This document shows positions 12,001 through 25,424 of a stretch of 64,000 nucleotides of DNA, piece after piece (the first letter of the stretch is position 1; each line of letters starts with the position of its first letter). This DNA comes from Macrostomum hystrix. Its lineage: Eukaryota; Animalia; Platyhelminthes. The position numbers were made by a program, and so were the translations under genes. The stretch is taken from positions 2,542,001 to 2,606,000 of the forward strand of contig CATNEN010000025.1 of NCBI GenBank assembly GCA_950097015.1, in the 5' to 3' direction. The notes below the pieces were generated by a model. The model was not told where the DNA came from. It worked only from the letters and a program-made list of their open reading frames with translations, and made no database searches.

Positions 12001-12752
12001 CTGTTCGTGTGATGTGCAGCTACCAGCTATAGGTTTCAGACGGCTGAATTTTCATAAAGATGCATGCAGTTTAGACAGGCTTATTTCTCGCTTTTGTTAA
12101 CACAGTTTACACAATGTAGCGCACTCACCTATTATTTTTTACGAAGTATCGGATAAAGTCTACTTTAGTTATCCTTGATTTGACAGCACAAAATCAACAT
12201 AAAAACACGAGTAATACTTCTAATACTGGAACTTATGATTAACTCAACTTAAAAAAAATTCTGTAAATCAAGGAAAATCAAGGAAAAATGGCTTGTTCAT
12301 TTAATAGCATTGAAGATCGACACATATGGCTGGACTATTGAGCGAGTAAGCAAAACAGTAATGATGCATCAGCGATCTGGCTGGATATAGTGTTAAATCT
12401 TGAATTGAATTGAATGAATGTATTACGATATATATAGTATTGAATTTTGATCGCTTTTAAAGAGAACAGCTTGGAAAAACACGAAACGCGATAAGAAGAA
12501 ACTCAAAGACTACATAGAGCCTTAGAGTCAAAAACTTTTCCAGTTTGACGTCCAGGCCCTTAGCGCAAGCATATTGTTTATACAGTCAAAATATATTCAA
12601 TGCGCGACATTGCGTGAAACAGTAAACAAATATTTGCAATCGATTTCGCAAGAATTAGAAGCAATAGTTATGTAATTGGATGGAGGGAATTCACAAGAAG
12701 ACAAATATTCGATTTGGCGATCTAGAAAGTCTAGTTGCTGTTCAGTCATCCA

Positions 12753-14622
<1,870 letters not shown>

Positions 14623-16825
14623 CTATAACAGAGAAGTTACAACAGGCCTTCAAAACTGGTGTGCACCAGGTCGCCTTTTTTAGCCAAGGTCAGTAAGCCG
14701 ACCTTAGGGAGTTGGCTGATCGGCTGTTAATTGTCTGACTAGTTTGTCCCCACTATCCTATTCCTATTTACAATGTATTCAAAGGTTAAAATAAGTTAAC
14801 AAATCTTCGTTCCTTTTTCTCACTTGCTCTCGCAACCTGCTCACCTTCTTACCTATTCGATTAGTTTGTAATTTTCTAACTCTACTACAGCGCAACCTGC
14901 TACAGAGGTGGCGCTCTCAGTTTGTCTGCTCTGCTGCGTATCTGCCAAACCTTTTGATGCTTGGTGGCGGCAGATGGAGACACACACAGAGAGAATGGAG
15001 CTTTAGGGACGAAAGTTGACGAACTCGAGACCATATGCAGACCCCGCTACCGTACCCGCTACTAGCAGACTAAACCTGCTGCCTGCATGGCAGAACTCAT
15101 ATGGCAGCTCCATGCCAGCTCTGTCCTTCCTGTGCTCAGATTTTATTTATCTTACTTCTCGTATATAATACGTATTAATTGTTGTGACCAATTGCTGGGC
15201 CGTTTGACACTCGAATTGCAGAGACTAAAAGGCGAAGTAACGAATAGAAAGAGGCCTAATTGCTAATAGGCTAGGTTTGCGCATACTGTGGTTTGAAGAA
15301 ATAAACGACCGCCAAGCTGATGAGCGCGTGTTCTTAAACATAAGCTCGGTGAATGGCGATGGAGGAGACGGCCTCGCGGGATCCACTTGTTGCACTCTTT
15401 TGTACGCATGCGGCCGAATTAGCTCACTTGAAGGCAATTAGAACCGCATCGATTCAGTTTGTACAGCGCACGGTCTAAACAGCGTTAATTCTCTAACACA
15501 CTAGCTATAGCTAGCTCTTAAAGAGAACTCTTGAACATTGAATCACATATTCTTCGGCAAATTAAATCGGACAAAAAGTTGTTGCTATACTACTGTTTTA
15601 GTATTTTTTAGAGCATAATCAAGGCTGCTTATACTTCTTTTAATTTGAGCTTGAATACATACAGTTAGCAATTTTCACTCGTAACTCGGACTCGGCGATA
15701 TAACATCCAGACTGTCGCAAAATAAATGTAATTATAATTTTCGTGACTTTAAGTTTGTGTGTGCCAATACTAGTATTCTAGATTTAGTTGGTGTGAGCTT
15801 TGTATAGTAATTGCAATAATCATGGGAAAGCAAGTTTCGCGGACCGAGGGTCACCTTAAAAGCAGCATCAAAATCAAAAGCTTCGAAACTGTCTATATAT
15901 TAAGCATTGAAGCATTAGTAAATTGAAGATGTAAATTTTTAAAGATATAGTTTAATTGGCAACTCATCTGTAACTCTTGATGAAAATACTTAGTTCTAAG
16001 GTTCGGCACAGTACTTGGGGATTCTAGAGTTTCATTGGTTCCACTATTAATTTGATTTTTTCGGTGTTAAAATGAATTTAATATGATAACATGAATTTCC
16101 GGTATTGGCCTAGTAACATAACAAAAACGGAAGATCTAAATTACTCTACTAATTCTTTAGAAGAAATAATAAAGCGAAAAAGAAAATAATAACTATTTTG
16201 TTACTATACGTAATAGCATTATACTAGATAAAGCGCATTTCTTTCGAAAATGCACAGTCTTTTTAAGATCCTATAGTATTTACATTAATTTTCTGTTCCA
16301 ACAAATGCACATGCATGGGTAGATGCGTATGTTACATAAAAAATGTAAATATGATAAAATTATTTTATGTAATATCAGTTTTCTTGTTTTTGAGCAGACA
16401 CGGACAGTTTTTATGCTTAAAATTTACGACTTGTTAAGGAAACAATTCATTTTATTTAGGCATTTTTATCACATGTTATCTCGCTGTTTCTAACTCATAT
16501 GCAAACTCTTAAAATGGGTCTAGTCTTATTATAAATGAGATTATAATTATGCTTGATCACTAAAGATGTCATGATTTAACTTATTAATAGTTTTCAATTC
16601 CACAGAAAAAAATCGTTGCATATGTTTTTTATTACTTTCTAGAATTGTAGTCTACTAAGAAATTAAAAAGAAATGTGATAAAGCTAAGAAAACTACAAAT
16701 TAAAGTTTCTAAGAAAATTAAGAAAATTTTGTTTTCCAAGAAATTATCTTGGTAGTAACATTTTTTGCAATTATTTGTATTCAATTTTTCCTTACCAAGG
16801 TTGTATTGTATGCAATGCATCTGAG

Positions 16826-16986
16826 CAGGGGCATAGCCAGGATTTTTTTGGGGATATCGGTTTTGGTTCTATCCAGCATATCCAGAATAAAAAACAATTA
16901 ATTGATTTCTTTTGAAGAAACTGAATGCGACATTAAATTTTGGGGGTATTAGCCAATACACTGATACCCCCCACACTATGCCACTG
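16826..16986. mobile_element. 161-bp MITE, hAT-type
   Basis: TIRs CAGGGGCATAG / CTATGCCACTG (10/11) flanked by a perfect 8-bp TSD CATCTGAG (16818-16825 and 16987-16994). Confidence 0.85.
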
Positions 16987-17791
16987 CATCTGAGACTGAA
17001 ATCTCAGTCAGGGTATTGTATTTATAGTGTTTCTAGTTTAGTATTATTCTCTATAACTTTTTTGTTAGTATGATTTAGGTGCTACCAATGATCTAAGAGT
17101 TATACCTCTTGGTTATCTTTCAAGTTGTCATCAATAGTCAAACTTATTCAATAGCAACTGAACAACAGAGACAATTAGAATGTCTAGCTAAGTAACTTTT
17201 TAACTTCATGGTCATATGAGACAATGTTGCTCTTCTCTGAAATATTTATATCATCCATACCTCAATTAAGTAGTATTATAAGTAGTATGTAAATAGTATA
17301 TTAAGTATTAAGTATCAAGTATTATTTTTTGGAGTGCAACAGAACTAACAATTGAAACTGTTGGGTACAATTAAATGAAAAAATTCTGACCCAGAAAAAA
17401 TTTTATATGAAACAACCATTTAAATGTGTCTTGTCTGAAAAATTTGATCATTGTCAAGTAGTTTCTCAGAATATGTTATCTTAGATTTTTACTAGAAAGT
17501 ATAGCTACTTTGTTTGGACCTGCAAGCATGTATATGTTAATAGAAACTAAACTATCAATAACTTATAGACAACTAGTCTTGTTAATTTAATGCATTTTAT
17601 AAATTAAAGCTGACCTGTATCCAGTTTCTGCATATTCCTCTGAACTCTAGATATCTGCAAGCTGACTTGATTGCTAAAACAATCAGACAGGCAATTTAAA
17701 ACTTTTACAAGATTATTGGCATTGATGTGTGAGTCAGACTTCCAGCCTTGTTCACCCAATGCCAACTTTTTGCAGCCTTCAACGCCGTAGG

Positions 17792-18942
17792 ATGTCAGCA
17801 GCTGCAGCCACCGCCTCTAAACCGATGAGTTTCTTTCACGCGGTTGACTGGAGCGCCGTTTCTAGCAGCAATCAGGGCCGCGATGTCCAGGTTGAGAGCA
17901 TGTGCGACGTTGGCGCACTCCTAGTAGACTTCTTCGATTTGTTTGGTTTCGCATTCAAACCGGTGCGCAATGATGTCTCCGGAAATTTGCGGAAAATCAA
18001 AACCTCGTTCGAAGTTGAACCACAAGCTAGGCGAACTGTGAGTGTCGGGGTCGATTGTTGATTGATTAGCTAGCTGTACTAAACAAGCAATGGTAGCCAA
18101 ATATTACAGACTGCCCTCTTGGAAACTAAAAAAGCGGAAATCCCGACGCATACTTTCAATATGGCTGTGGGCAATGGCACATTATTTGGTGGCACTAGAC
18201 CCGTAGCCAGTGATGAGGCAATTCTGCCCATTCCGTATGACTCCTGAGCACACAGATACCGTACCCCGGAGCCCCACACTCTCTCATGGGTGCGTTAGTG
18301 CGTACACATGCCCTGACTTTGCTTCGAGCTCACGGACTTTGATCTGTGAGAGGTAAGGGCGTTAGACCGTTCAGTTGCAGTTTAATCCTCAAAATCACTA
18401 GCATGGGCACACACACAGGAAGCCAACAGAAGATTGCGAATGAAATGTGCTCATGCTAAAATAATACCCAGGTTGGCGAGTTGCTGCAGCGCGAGTTGGA
18501 CACAAACACAGCCAAGAAAGATCCCAGCGGCACTGTCGGCCTGCTGTGGTTCAAACGCGGCCTAGAGTACCTCTGCGCCCTGTTAACCCTGCTCTACGAG
18601 AGTCGGTCGCGTCAGGAGGACTTTGGCACCTCGGAGCTCTGCACCAAGGCCTACGACGCCACGCTAAAATCTCGCCACGGATGGCTGATGCGCAAGACCT
18701 TCAGCGTGGTGTCTTCCGCGGCGCCATACCGCAGCAAACTCCTGGAAAAGCTAGCCTACGGCAATACCGACCTGGCCGAAGCGCAGCTGTACGATGCCAT
18801 GCCTCCGTTCCTAGCTGGCATGCGCAGTTTTGTAGACAATATCAATAGCGTGCTCATTGGATTTAACATTGAGACGCCTCTAGCAGCCGCTGGAGCCGCC
18901 GCAGACGATAATGTGGAAGGTGACGCTGATGGCAGTAAGTAG
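17792..18942 (+). CDS. GLTP: Glycolipid transfer protein family (GLTP/FAPP2-type domain); join(17792..18037, 18472..18942), 238 aa
   Basis: FFDLFGFAFKPVRNDVSGNLRKI, LLWFKRGL and AYDATLKSRHGWLMRKTF...AAPY match GLTP domain motifs. Donor ACT|GTGAGT and acceptor CCCAG|GTT are phase 0. Confidence 0.9.
18163..18320 (-). mobile_element. Unclassified retroposon family, copy A (3' end, 5'-truncated), in GLTP intron
   Basis: Aligns by eye to 63311-63470, 42590-42704 and 45290-45515 (shared GGCAATGGCAC..., TGACTCCTGAGCACAC, CCCTGACTTT). Confidence 0.7.
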
Positions 18943-19321
18943 ACTGAAATATCCGTGTGTTAAATAAAGCGACACACTTTAATTGGTTGATAGATTCTTA
19001 TTCCTAGGCTATGGGTGGCTTGAAAAAGATCAGCTATTATCAAGGTTTTTTTTATTAATTCATAGCTTAAATTCTACATTTTTGCAAGATGAATCATTTG
19101 CAAACAGTTTGTTGTTCAGTTTTGCTGTACTGAAAAATTATGACTTTCTCTAGAACTGTGTTTGTACTTGGTTGCCTATAGCTTTTGTGATTTTTACAAT
19201 ATTTTCTGTTGTTTAAAATGGTTGAAATTTGTTTAAATCAAATATTCTGAAGACGTTTATAATGTACATTAGAGATTAAATAACACGACGACCCATAATT
19301 GTACGCTTTCTATCCCCATGG

Positions 19322-19570
19322 CAGCACCAACCCCAAAATGTACACTCTTCCTACCCCCTTGACAGCACCAACCCCAAAATGTACACTCTTCCTACCCCCT
19401 TGACAGCACCAACCCCAAAATGTACACTCTTCCTACCCCCTTGACAGCACCAACCCCAAAATGTACACTCTTCCTACCTCCTTGACAGCACCAACCCCAA
19501 AATGTACACTCTTCCTACCAACCCAAAATGTTTACTCTTCCTACCCCATGGCTTCACCCACCCCTGAGTG
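19322..19570. repeat. Minisatellite, 41-bp unit (CAGCACCAACCCCAAAATGTACACTCTTCCTACCCCCTTGA), ~6 copies
   Basis: Tandem units 41 bp apart. Confidence 0.92.
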
Positions 19571-20351
19571 TACACTCTTCAACCCGAAACCCTTACCTCC
19601 AAAAATACTAATGTATACTTTGTTTTGCGTCCGTATCCATCAATCACAAAAGTTTACTTAAAACGTATCGCCGAATACATATCGTCAATATTTCGAATTT
19701 TAAGGTCTCGACTGATTTTATTTTATTTTTTATGCATTGAACGTATACCAATAGCATTACATTTTAAAATACGAGTACATGTCACATACTTCTTTTTTGT
19801 CTCGAAATCATCATTTTATGCTGGTATTGTTGCTTTTTTACTACATTACTCCTCGCATATATATGTTATCTATATTTGACTTACTCCCTCTTCATTTAAT
19901 CCAACTGTTGTCACAATGGCATTACATTGTTACCTTTGTGTCGCCCGGAAATAATTCAACTAGAAAGCTTTGCTAATTAAACCAAATAGGTAAAGTTGAT
20001 GTTAATTTACTGGCATTCCGGAGATACAGATACTGCCCCTTTATTTATATATAGTTACCATTTTATATAGTTTACTTAATTGCCATTTGATTGCGTTCTA
20101 ATTGATTTAGTGATTTTTCCTTTTGAATCTTTTAAACTTCGGTTTCAGAGGTGTTTCTTCAAATAAATATTTGATATTCGTGTGTGCTAGATACTACTTC
20201 TTTAAGCAGTTGCGTTTGCCACCACTGGTTTATTTTGTTTGTCGTCAACAGAAATATATTTAACTATCGTTCTAATATTGTTTTAAATGCTAGAAATTAT
20301 TAGACTCAACTACTATAAATTTAACTTTGTCTCTTAAAACAATACTACTAA

Positions 20352-20575
20352 TGTGACCTCGTGAGTCGTGGCTAGAGCTTTGGATCGGTGATTGGAATGT
20401 TAGTCGGAAGTTAATTAAAAAATGATAATTTAGTGTAATTGAACAAGACCCTTCATTCCCTGGCGCTTCAGTTCACCAGCAGTAAAATGGGATCCAGCTA
20501 ATGCTGGGGTAGAAATGAGTGTCCACGGACTGAACAGCTGTACACAGCCGTTGGAATGGCCGCGCAGCTCTTTTA
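20352..20575 (+). mobile_element. Degenerate copy of tRNA-derived SINE
   Basis: CAGTTCACCAGCAGTAAAATGGGATCCAGC...GCTGGGGTA...TCCACGGACTGAACAGCTGTACACAGC matches the reverse complement of 44570-44862. Confidence 0.65.
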
Positions 20576-21029
20576 ACTAGCAAAAAAGGAACTAGCAAAT
20601 TAACTTACTTCAAGTAGTCTAGCAGATAAGACAGGCAGTGTCAATAGTACTGCGTGGAGATTTTGTGCACCTTCATTTTTAATTCAGCAGGTTATTGAAA
20701 TATTTTATTTGGGTCAAAAATGTGTTTAACAATGATTTTGTCACAACGCAGTGAAGCCAAATATTTTATATAAAATACGACCTTTAAAATCAATTGCTTT
20801 TTCGTGTATAGTGAGAAGTTTGCCACTGTAAGCTCCACAATTGATTTACACTAAACTACAACTGTCTAATTCACAACTTATGTTTTAGTGTGTACTCGTA
20901 ACTCGAACTACAGGCCATATAAGAGTAATATGTTCTTAGGTAAATGCATCCTCAAGGTAGCTTAATAAACATTCTAGTTGCTTCGTAAGGGAGAGGGAAT
21001 AGATATGGCGTTTATTGTCTCATTATTAG

Positions 21030-21490
21030 AGTACATTGGGATGGGGTTGGTTGGCTAGGGAGTGAGTACATTGGGGATGGGGTTGGTTGGCTAGGGAGTG
21101 AGTCCTTGGGGATGGGGTTGGTTGGCTAGGGATTGAGTACATTGGGGATGGGGTTGGTTAGCTAGGGAGTGAGTACATTGATGGAATGGGGTTGGTTGGC
21201 TAGGGAGTGAGTACATTGATGGAATGGGGTTGGTTGGCTAGGGAGTGTGTACATTGGGGATGGGGTTGGTTAGCTAGGGAGTGAGTACATTGATGGAATG
21301 GGGTTGGTTAGCTAGGGAGAGAGTACATTGAAGGAATGGGGTTGGTTGGCTAGGGAGTTAGTACATTGAAGGAATAGGGTTGGTTGGCTATGGAGTGAGT
21401 ACATTGGGAATGGGGTTGGTTGGCTAGGGAGTGAGTACATTGAAGGAATGGGGTTGGTTGGCTAAGGATTGAGTACATTGGGGAGTGAGC
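21030..21490. repeat. G-rich minisatellite, 35-38-bp unit (GGGAGTGAGTACATTGGGGATGGGGTTGGTTGGCTA)
   Basis: About 12 tandem units with strong strand G skew. Confidence 0.93.
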
Positions 21491-21994
21491 ACAGGGAGTG
21501 AGCACAGCACATATAAAAAAGGGTTAAAACATAATTATTCTCGTTTACAAATTGAACACAAACTAAAACACAAGCAGAGACAGCTAGAACATCTACAACT
21601 AAAAAGTCCTAGGCAAGAATTGAAGCAAAAAATTAAAAATAGCAGAAAAGAAATGTGTAAGATAGAAGCAAAATACTACGAGGTTAGAGGACACAAAACG
21701 TCAGTAGTACCTAATGTACAACAGGTGAGTACTATTATTGAGTAGCCTATTATTTTACTTATGATAATGTGATATCAAGGCCTCAATGCGAAAAGGCAAA
21801 AATTTGCATTGTACGTAAAAGTCGTTAAACAGTCAATAATTTGTCGGGGCAAAATGTGGCAGGCCTGAGAGTACAGTTTTATAGTTTAGCTGAAAGAAAT
21901 TCGCATTAAGCTTAAGCTTTAAGGAAAATAATTGTTAAAAATTCGATTTCTTAGGCAGTGCGAAATTTACTAAGAGATCAAGATCACAACACCC

Positions 21995-22450
21995 ATCTGG
22001 TATCGGAGTAGGAATCTGGGATCGGAGTAGGAATCTGGGATCGGAGTAGCGATCTGGGATCGGAGTAGGAATCTGGGATCGGAGTAGCGATCTGGGATCG
22101 GAGTAGCGATCTGGGATCGGAGTAGGAATCTGGGATCGGAGGATGGATCTGGGATCGGAGTAGGAATCTGGGATCGGAGTAGCGATCTGGGATCGGAGGA
22201 TGGATCTGGGATCGCAGTAGGAATCTGGGATCGAAGTAGGGATCTGGGATCGGAGGAGGGATCTGGGATCGGAGTAGGGATCTGGGATCGAAGGAGGGAT
22301 CTGGGATCAGGATGAGGATCTGGGATCAGGTTGAGGATCTTGGATCAGGATGTGGATCTGGGATCAGGATGCGGATCTGAGATCATGATGAGTATCTGGG
22401 AGCAGGATAAAGAACTAGACTTTGGAGTCTGGGATTATGCCTTATTGGAT
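21995..22450. repeat. Minisatellite, 19-bp unit (ATCGGAGTAGGAATCTGGG), decaying to the right
   Basis: Directly visible tandem units. Confidence 0.93.
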
Positions 22451-22670
22451 CTGGGATCGATATTGTACCTTGTACAGAGTTATGGTATGTAATTTGGTGT
22501 AACTAATTGGTTTTGCAAACAACAGTCAATAAAAATGAGTATTTTTATTATAACACAAAACAAACGCTAAGTCATGGCCAAGACTTAATAAACTATTGTC
22601 AGAAAAAATCTTAATAAATTTTAAAGTCAAAGTCAACGATACCAAAGACAATCAGGAGTTAATCATAAAG

Positions 22671-24196
22671 TTAATCAGGAAACTGAATAGACGGTTTGGG
22701 CAGGAAGGACAACTCCAGCACGTATTCCATCATGTTGGACGAGTCGAATCGAATGCGAACCAGGCGCCAGTGCAGCCGCAGTCGGTGGTACAGGTTCTGG
22801 TTCTCCCAGTCCAGGGACTTCTCTATTATGCCACGGGTCTGGGCGGACAACGTGGAGATAAAGTTACCAATGAATGATTGTCTCAGAGTCTCTGCTTCAT
22901 CTACTGGACTGTCTCACCCTGCAATCCTACAGAGCCTGCATCTACTGGACTGTCTCACCCTGCAATCCTACAGAGCCTGCATCTACTGGACTGTCTCACC
23001 CTGCAATCCTACAGAGCCTGTAACTACTGGACTGTCTCACCCTGCAATCCTACAGAGCCTGTAACTACTGGACTGTCTCACCCTGCAATCCTACAGAGCC
23101 TGTAACTACTGGACTGTCTCACCCTGCAATCCTACAGAGGCTGCATCTACTGGATATATTTGAGCAGATTCCAATCGAGAACTGACCCGCTTGTTGAGGC
23201 ATACAACTGGCCAGAAGGAGCAGCCCAATGTGCAGCAGCAGCAGAAACAGCCGAACACATACCATTTTAGATTGAGTGGCATAGTCTTGCGTAAGATGGC
23301 ATTAATTCGATCCATTGTCTGCTTGAACTCTTCTGGCGCCACCTGGAAAAGGGTAATTCTTGCTTAAGTAAAGATCAAGTTTTCTAATGTTTAGAGAATT
23401 AGAGCCATGACATAAAAATCAGAATAACATGCATACCCTTCCTTGTAGCTCAGATGGATAGTCAGAGCAAAATCTATTGTTTAGTCCAAATCTAAAAAGA
23501 AAGGGTCAAAGTAATACAATTGTTGATCAATATTATTTTAACTCATTCAACTAATGAGTCTATTCTTTTGTTAGTTTAAAGTAGGCACTAAAACATGCTT
23601 TGCTAAATACATGCTGACTAGAAAACTCTCCAATATAAATTATGAAATATTTTGTACCTTTTTAATTAAAACTGATTTGCTCTAACAAATTAACAAAAAC
23701 AAATTAAAATGGTATTTTTCAATAAGTAAAAAGAAAAATAGGAATATAATATACACAGTTTATACGATATACTATATACTATATAAAGACTAGTTAAAAA
23801 ACTCTTTTAAAAACAACAATTTCAGCACAATAGCATACATATGAACAATAAGAAGACCAATAGAAGGTAAAATAAACACATTTTTACTTTAAAATAAAGG
23901 ATATTTATCCAAAGTCAGCAATCACAATATGAATAAAAATTTAAATAATTTTTAACGCTCGGATAAAAATAGTACTTATATAAAAATATTTTTATTATTA
24001 TTGCACAGCAGATTTTGTGTAGTATAGCCAACATATTTAAAAGCATGCTCAACTACAAAAAATTTACTTACAAAGTCACATTTCCATTTCCGCGAATTAT
24101 GATTGGATCCGGTAGCGGAAGCTGTTCTAATATGACCCGGTCTATATCATCATCAACGACATCAATTGCGTCCAGATTTACATCATTACTGGTCAT
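22671..24196 (-). CDS. CHIC2: Cysteine-rich hydrophobic domain protein (CHIC1/2 family); join(24196..24072, 23491..23437, 23342..23187, 22838..22671), 167 aa
   Basis: Assembled peptide PDPIIIRGNGNVTL|FGLNNRF...|VAPEEF...GCFCCCCTLGCSFWPVVCLNKR|TRGIIEKSLDWENQNLYHRL...NMMEYVL...FPD matches CHIC2. All four junctions are GT-AG with compatible phases; total 504 nt. Confidence 0.92.
22898..23153. repeat. Intronic minisatellite, 41-bp unit (CATCTACTGGACTGTCTCACCCTGCAATCCTACAGAGCCTG), 6 copies, in CHIC2 intron 3
   Basis: Tandem units 41 bp apart. Confidence 0.95.
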
Positions 24197-25424
24197 TTCG
24201 AAAATGAATGTACAAATAAAATCATGCAAAAAGATTACGGCTAAGGTAGTGAGAAATAAATAGATTTGAATCTACGTTGCGCTAGTGTTGAGTAAACTCT
24301 TTTGTTATATATATCACATCATAGTTTAATCAATGAATATCGTGCTAAATATCCTGTGGTCGCTGCTTATTTGTTTTCGTGTAAAGTGTTATAGTTTAAA
24401 AGTCCTAGTTTTAAGGGCACAATGTTAAACAAAAACAGTGTCATAGGAGAAACCATAAGCGATGAAGGCAAATTTAATAAAAATATTTATTTTTTGTTAA
24501 TAAAAAAATTATCAACTTCATACGTGTTTGGGATTGTTTAGATGCCTTTTAATTTGTGTTTACATTAGTGTGCATTGGTTTAACTCGCTAGTTAAGCAAC
24601 ATTACAAATTTAATCTCCGCAAATCGAACAGACTTCCGGCTATAATTTTCTGGCATTTTCGTTGCCTTAAGCGGTGTAAGTTTAGAGCTTGTTACAGAAT
24701 CAGATTCAGGGTTAGTTTAATATGCCTATAACATTTAATCTATGCTCCTCCGAGAGCGAACTTTATATGTAAACCAAGTCAAACCCAAACGAGATGAAAT
24801 ATTATATAGCGTAGCAAATGCATTTCACAGCTGCAGCTTATTGCATATCTAAGCCGTTTTGTGTTGTAAAGGAGAACGTGCAACAAATTCCATGTCTACC
24901 GGCCTTGCTTTTGTAGCCAAAAATAAAACCGTATTTTTCGCTGGAAATAAGGTTGGAAAAATTCAAGTTCTGATTATTCCATAGCAAAGAAACACAAAGC
25001 ATGTTACATCCTAAACTCGTTTTAACCATAATGTATAATGATTTGTGGATTAATTCTAACTAAAAACGAGTCAAAAAATTCGAATTCGAATTATAAGTAT
25101 TTTAATTAATAAATTGATTTCTATGCAAATATTTTAACTTTTTTGTAAACTAAAAGCTAAAAGCTAATCCAATTACAAAAACTTAAGTCTAAAAAGTATG
25201 CAGATTTCCAATTTCCAGATTTTCCATCTTTTTCAGTTTTTCAGTCTATTGTGCAAGTATATGCATAAGTTTTCTATAAAAAAAGAACTAAAATTTCTTC
25301 AATTTATTTCTACCATTTTCTTTACAAAAAACTAATTTATTGAAAAAATCCAAATGCAATATTAGGCCAGATCTGTAAATGTTGTAGCTCAACACATAAA
25401 ATTTAAATTTTAAACTGCAGAGGA

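Noticed and set aside
15317-15345. CTGATGA hammerhead-like motif (also a minus-strand one near 45815)
   Set aside because: No stem II followed by GAAA and no closing stems found
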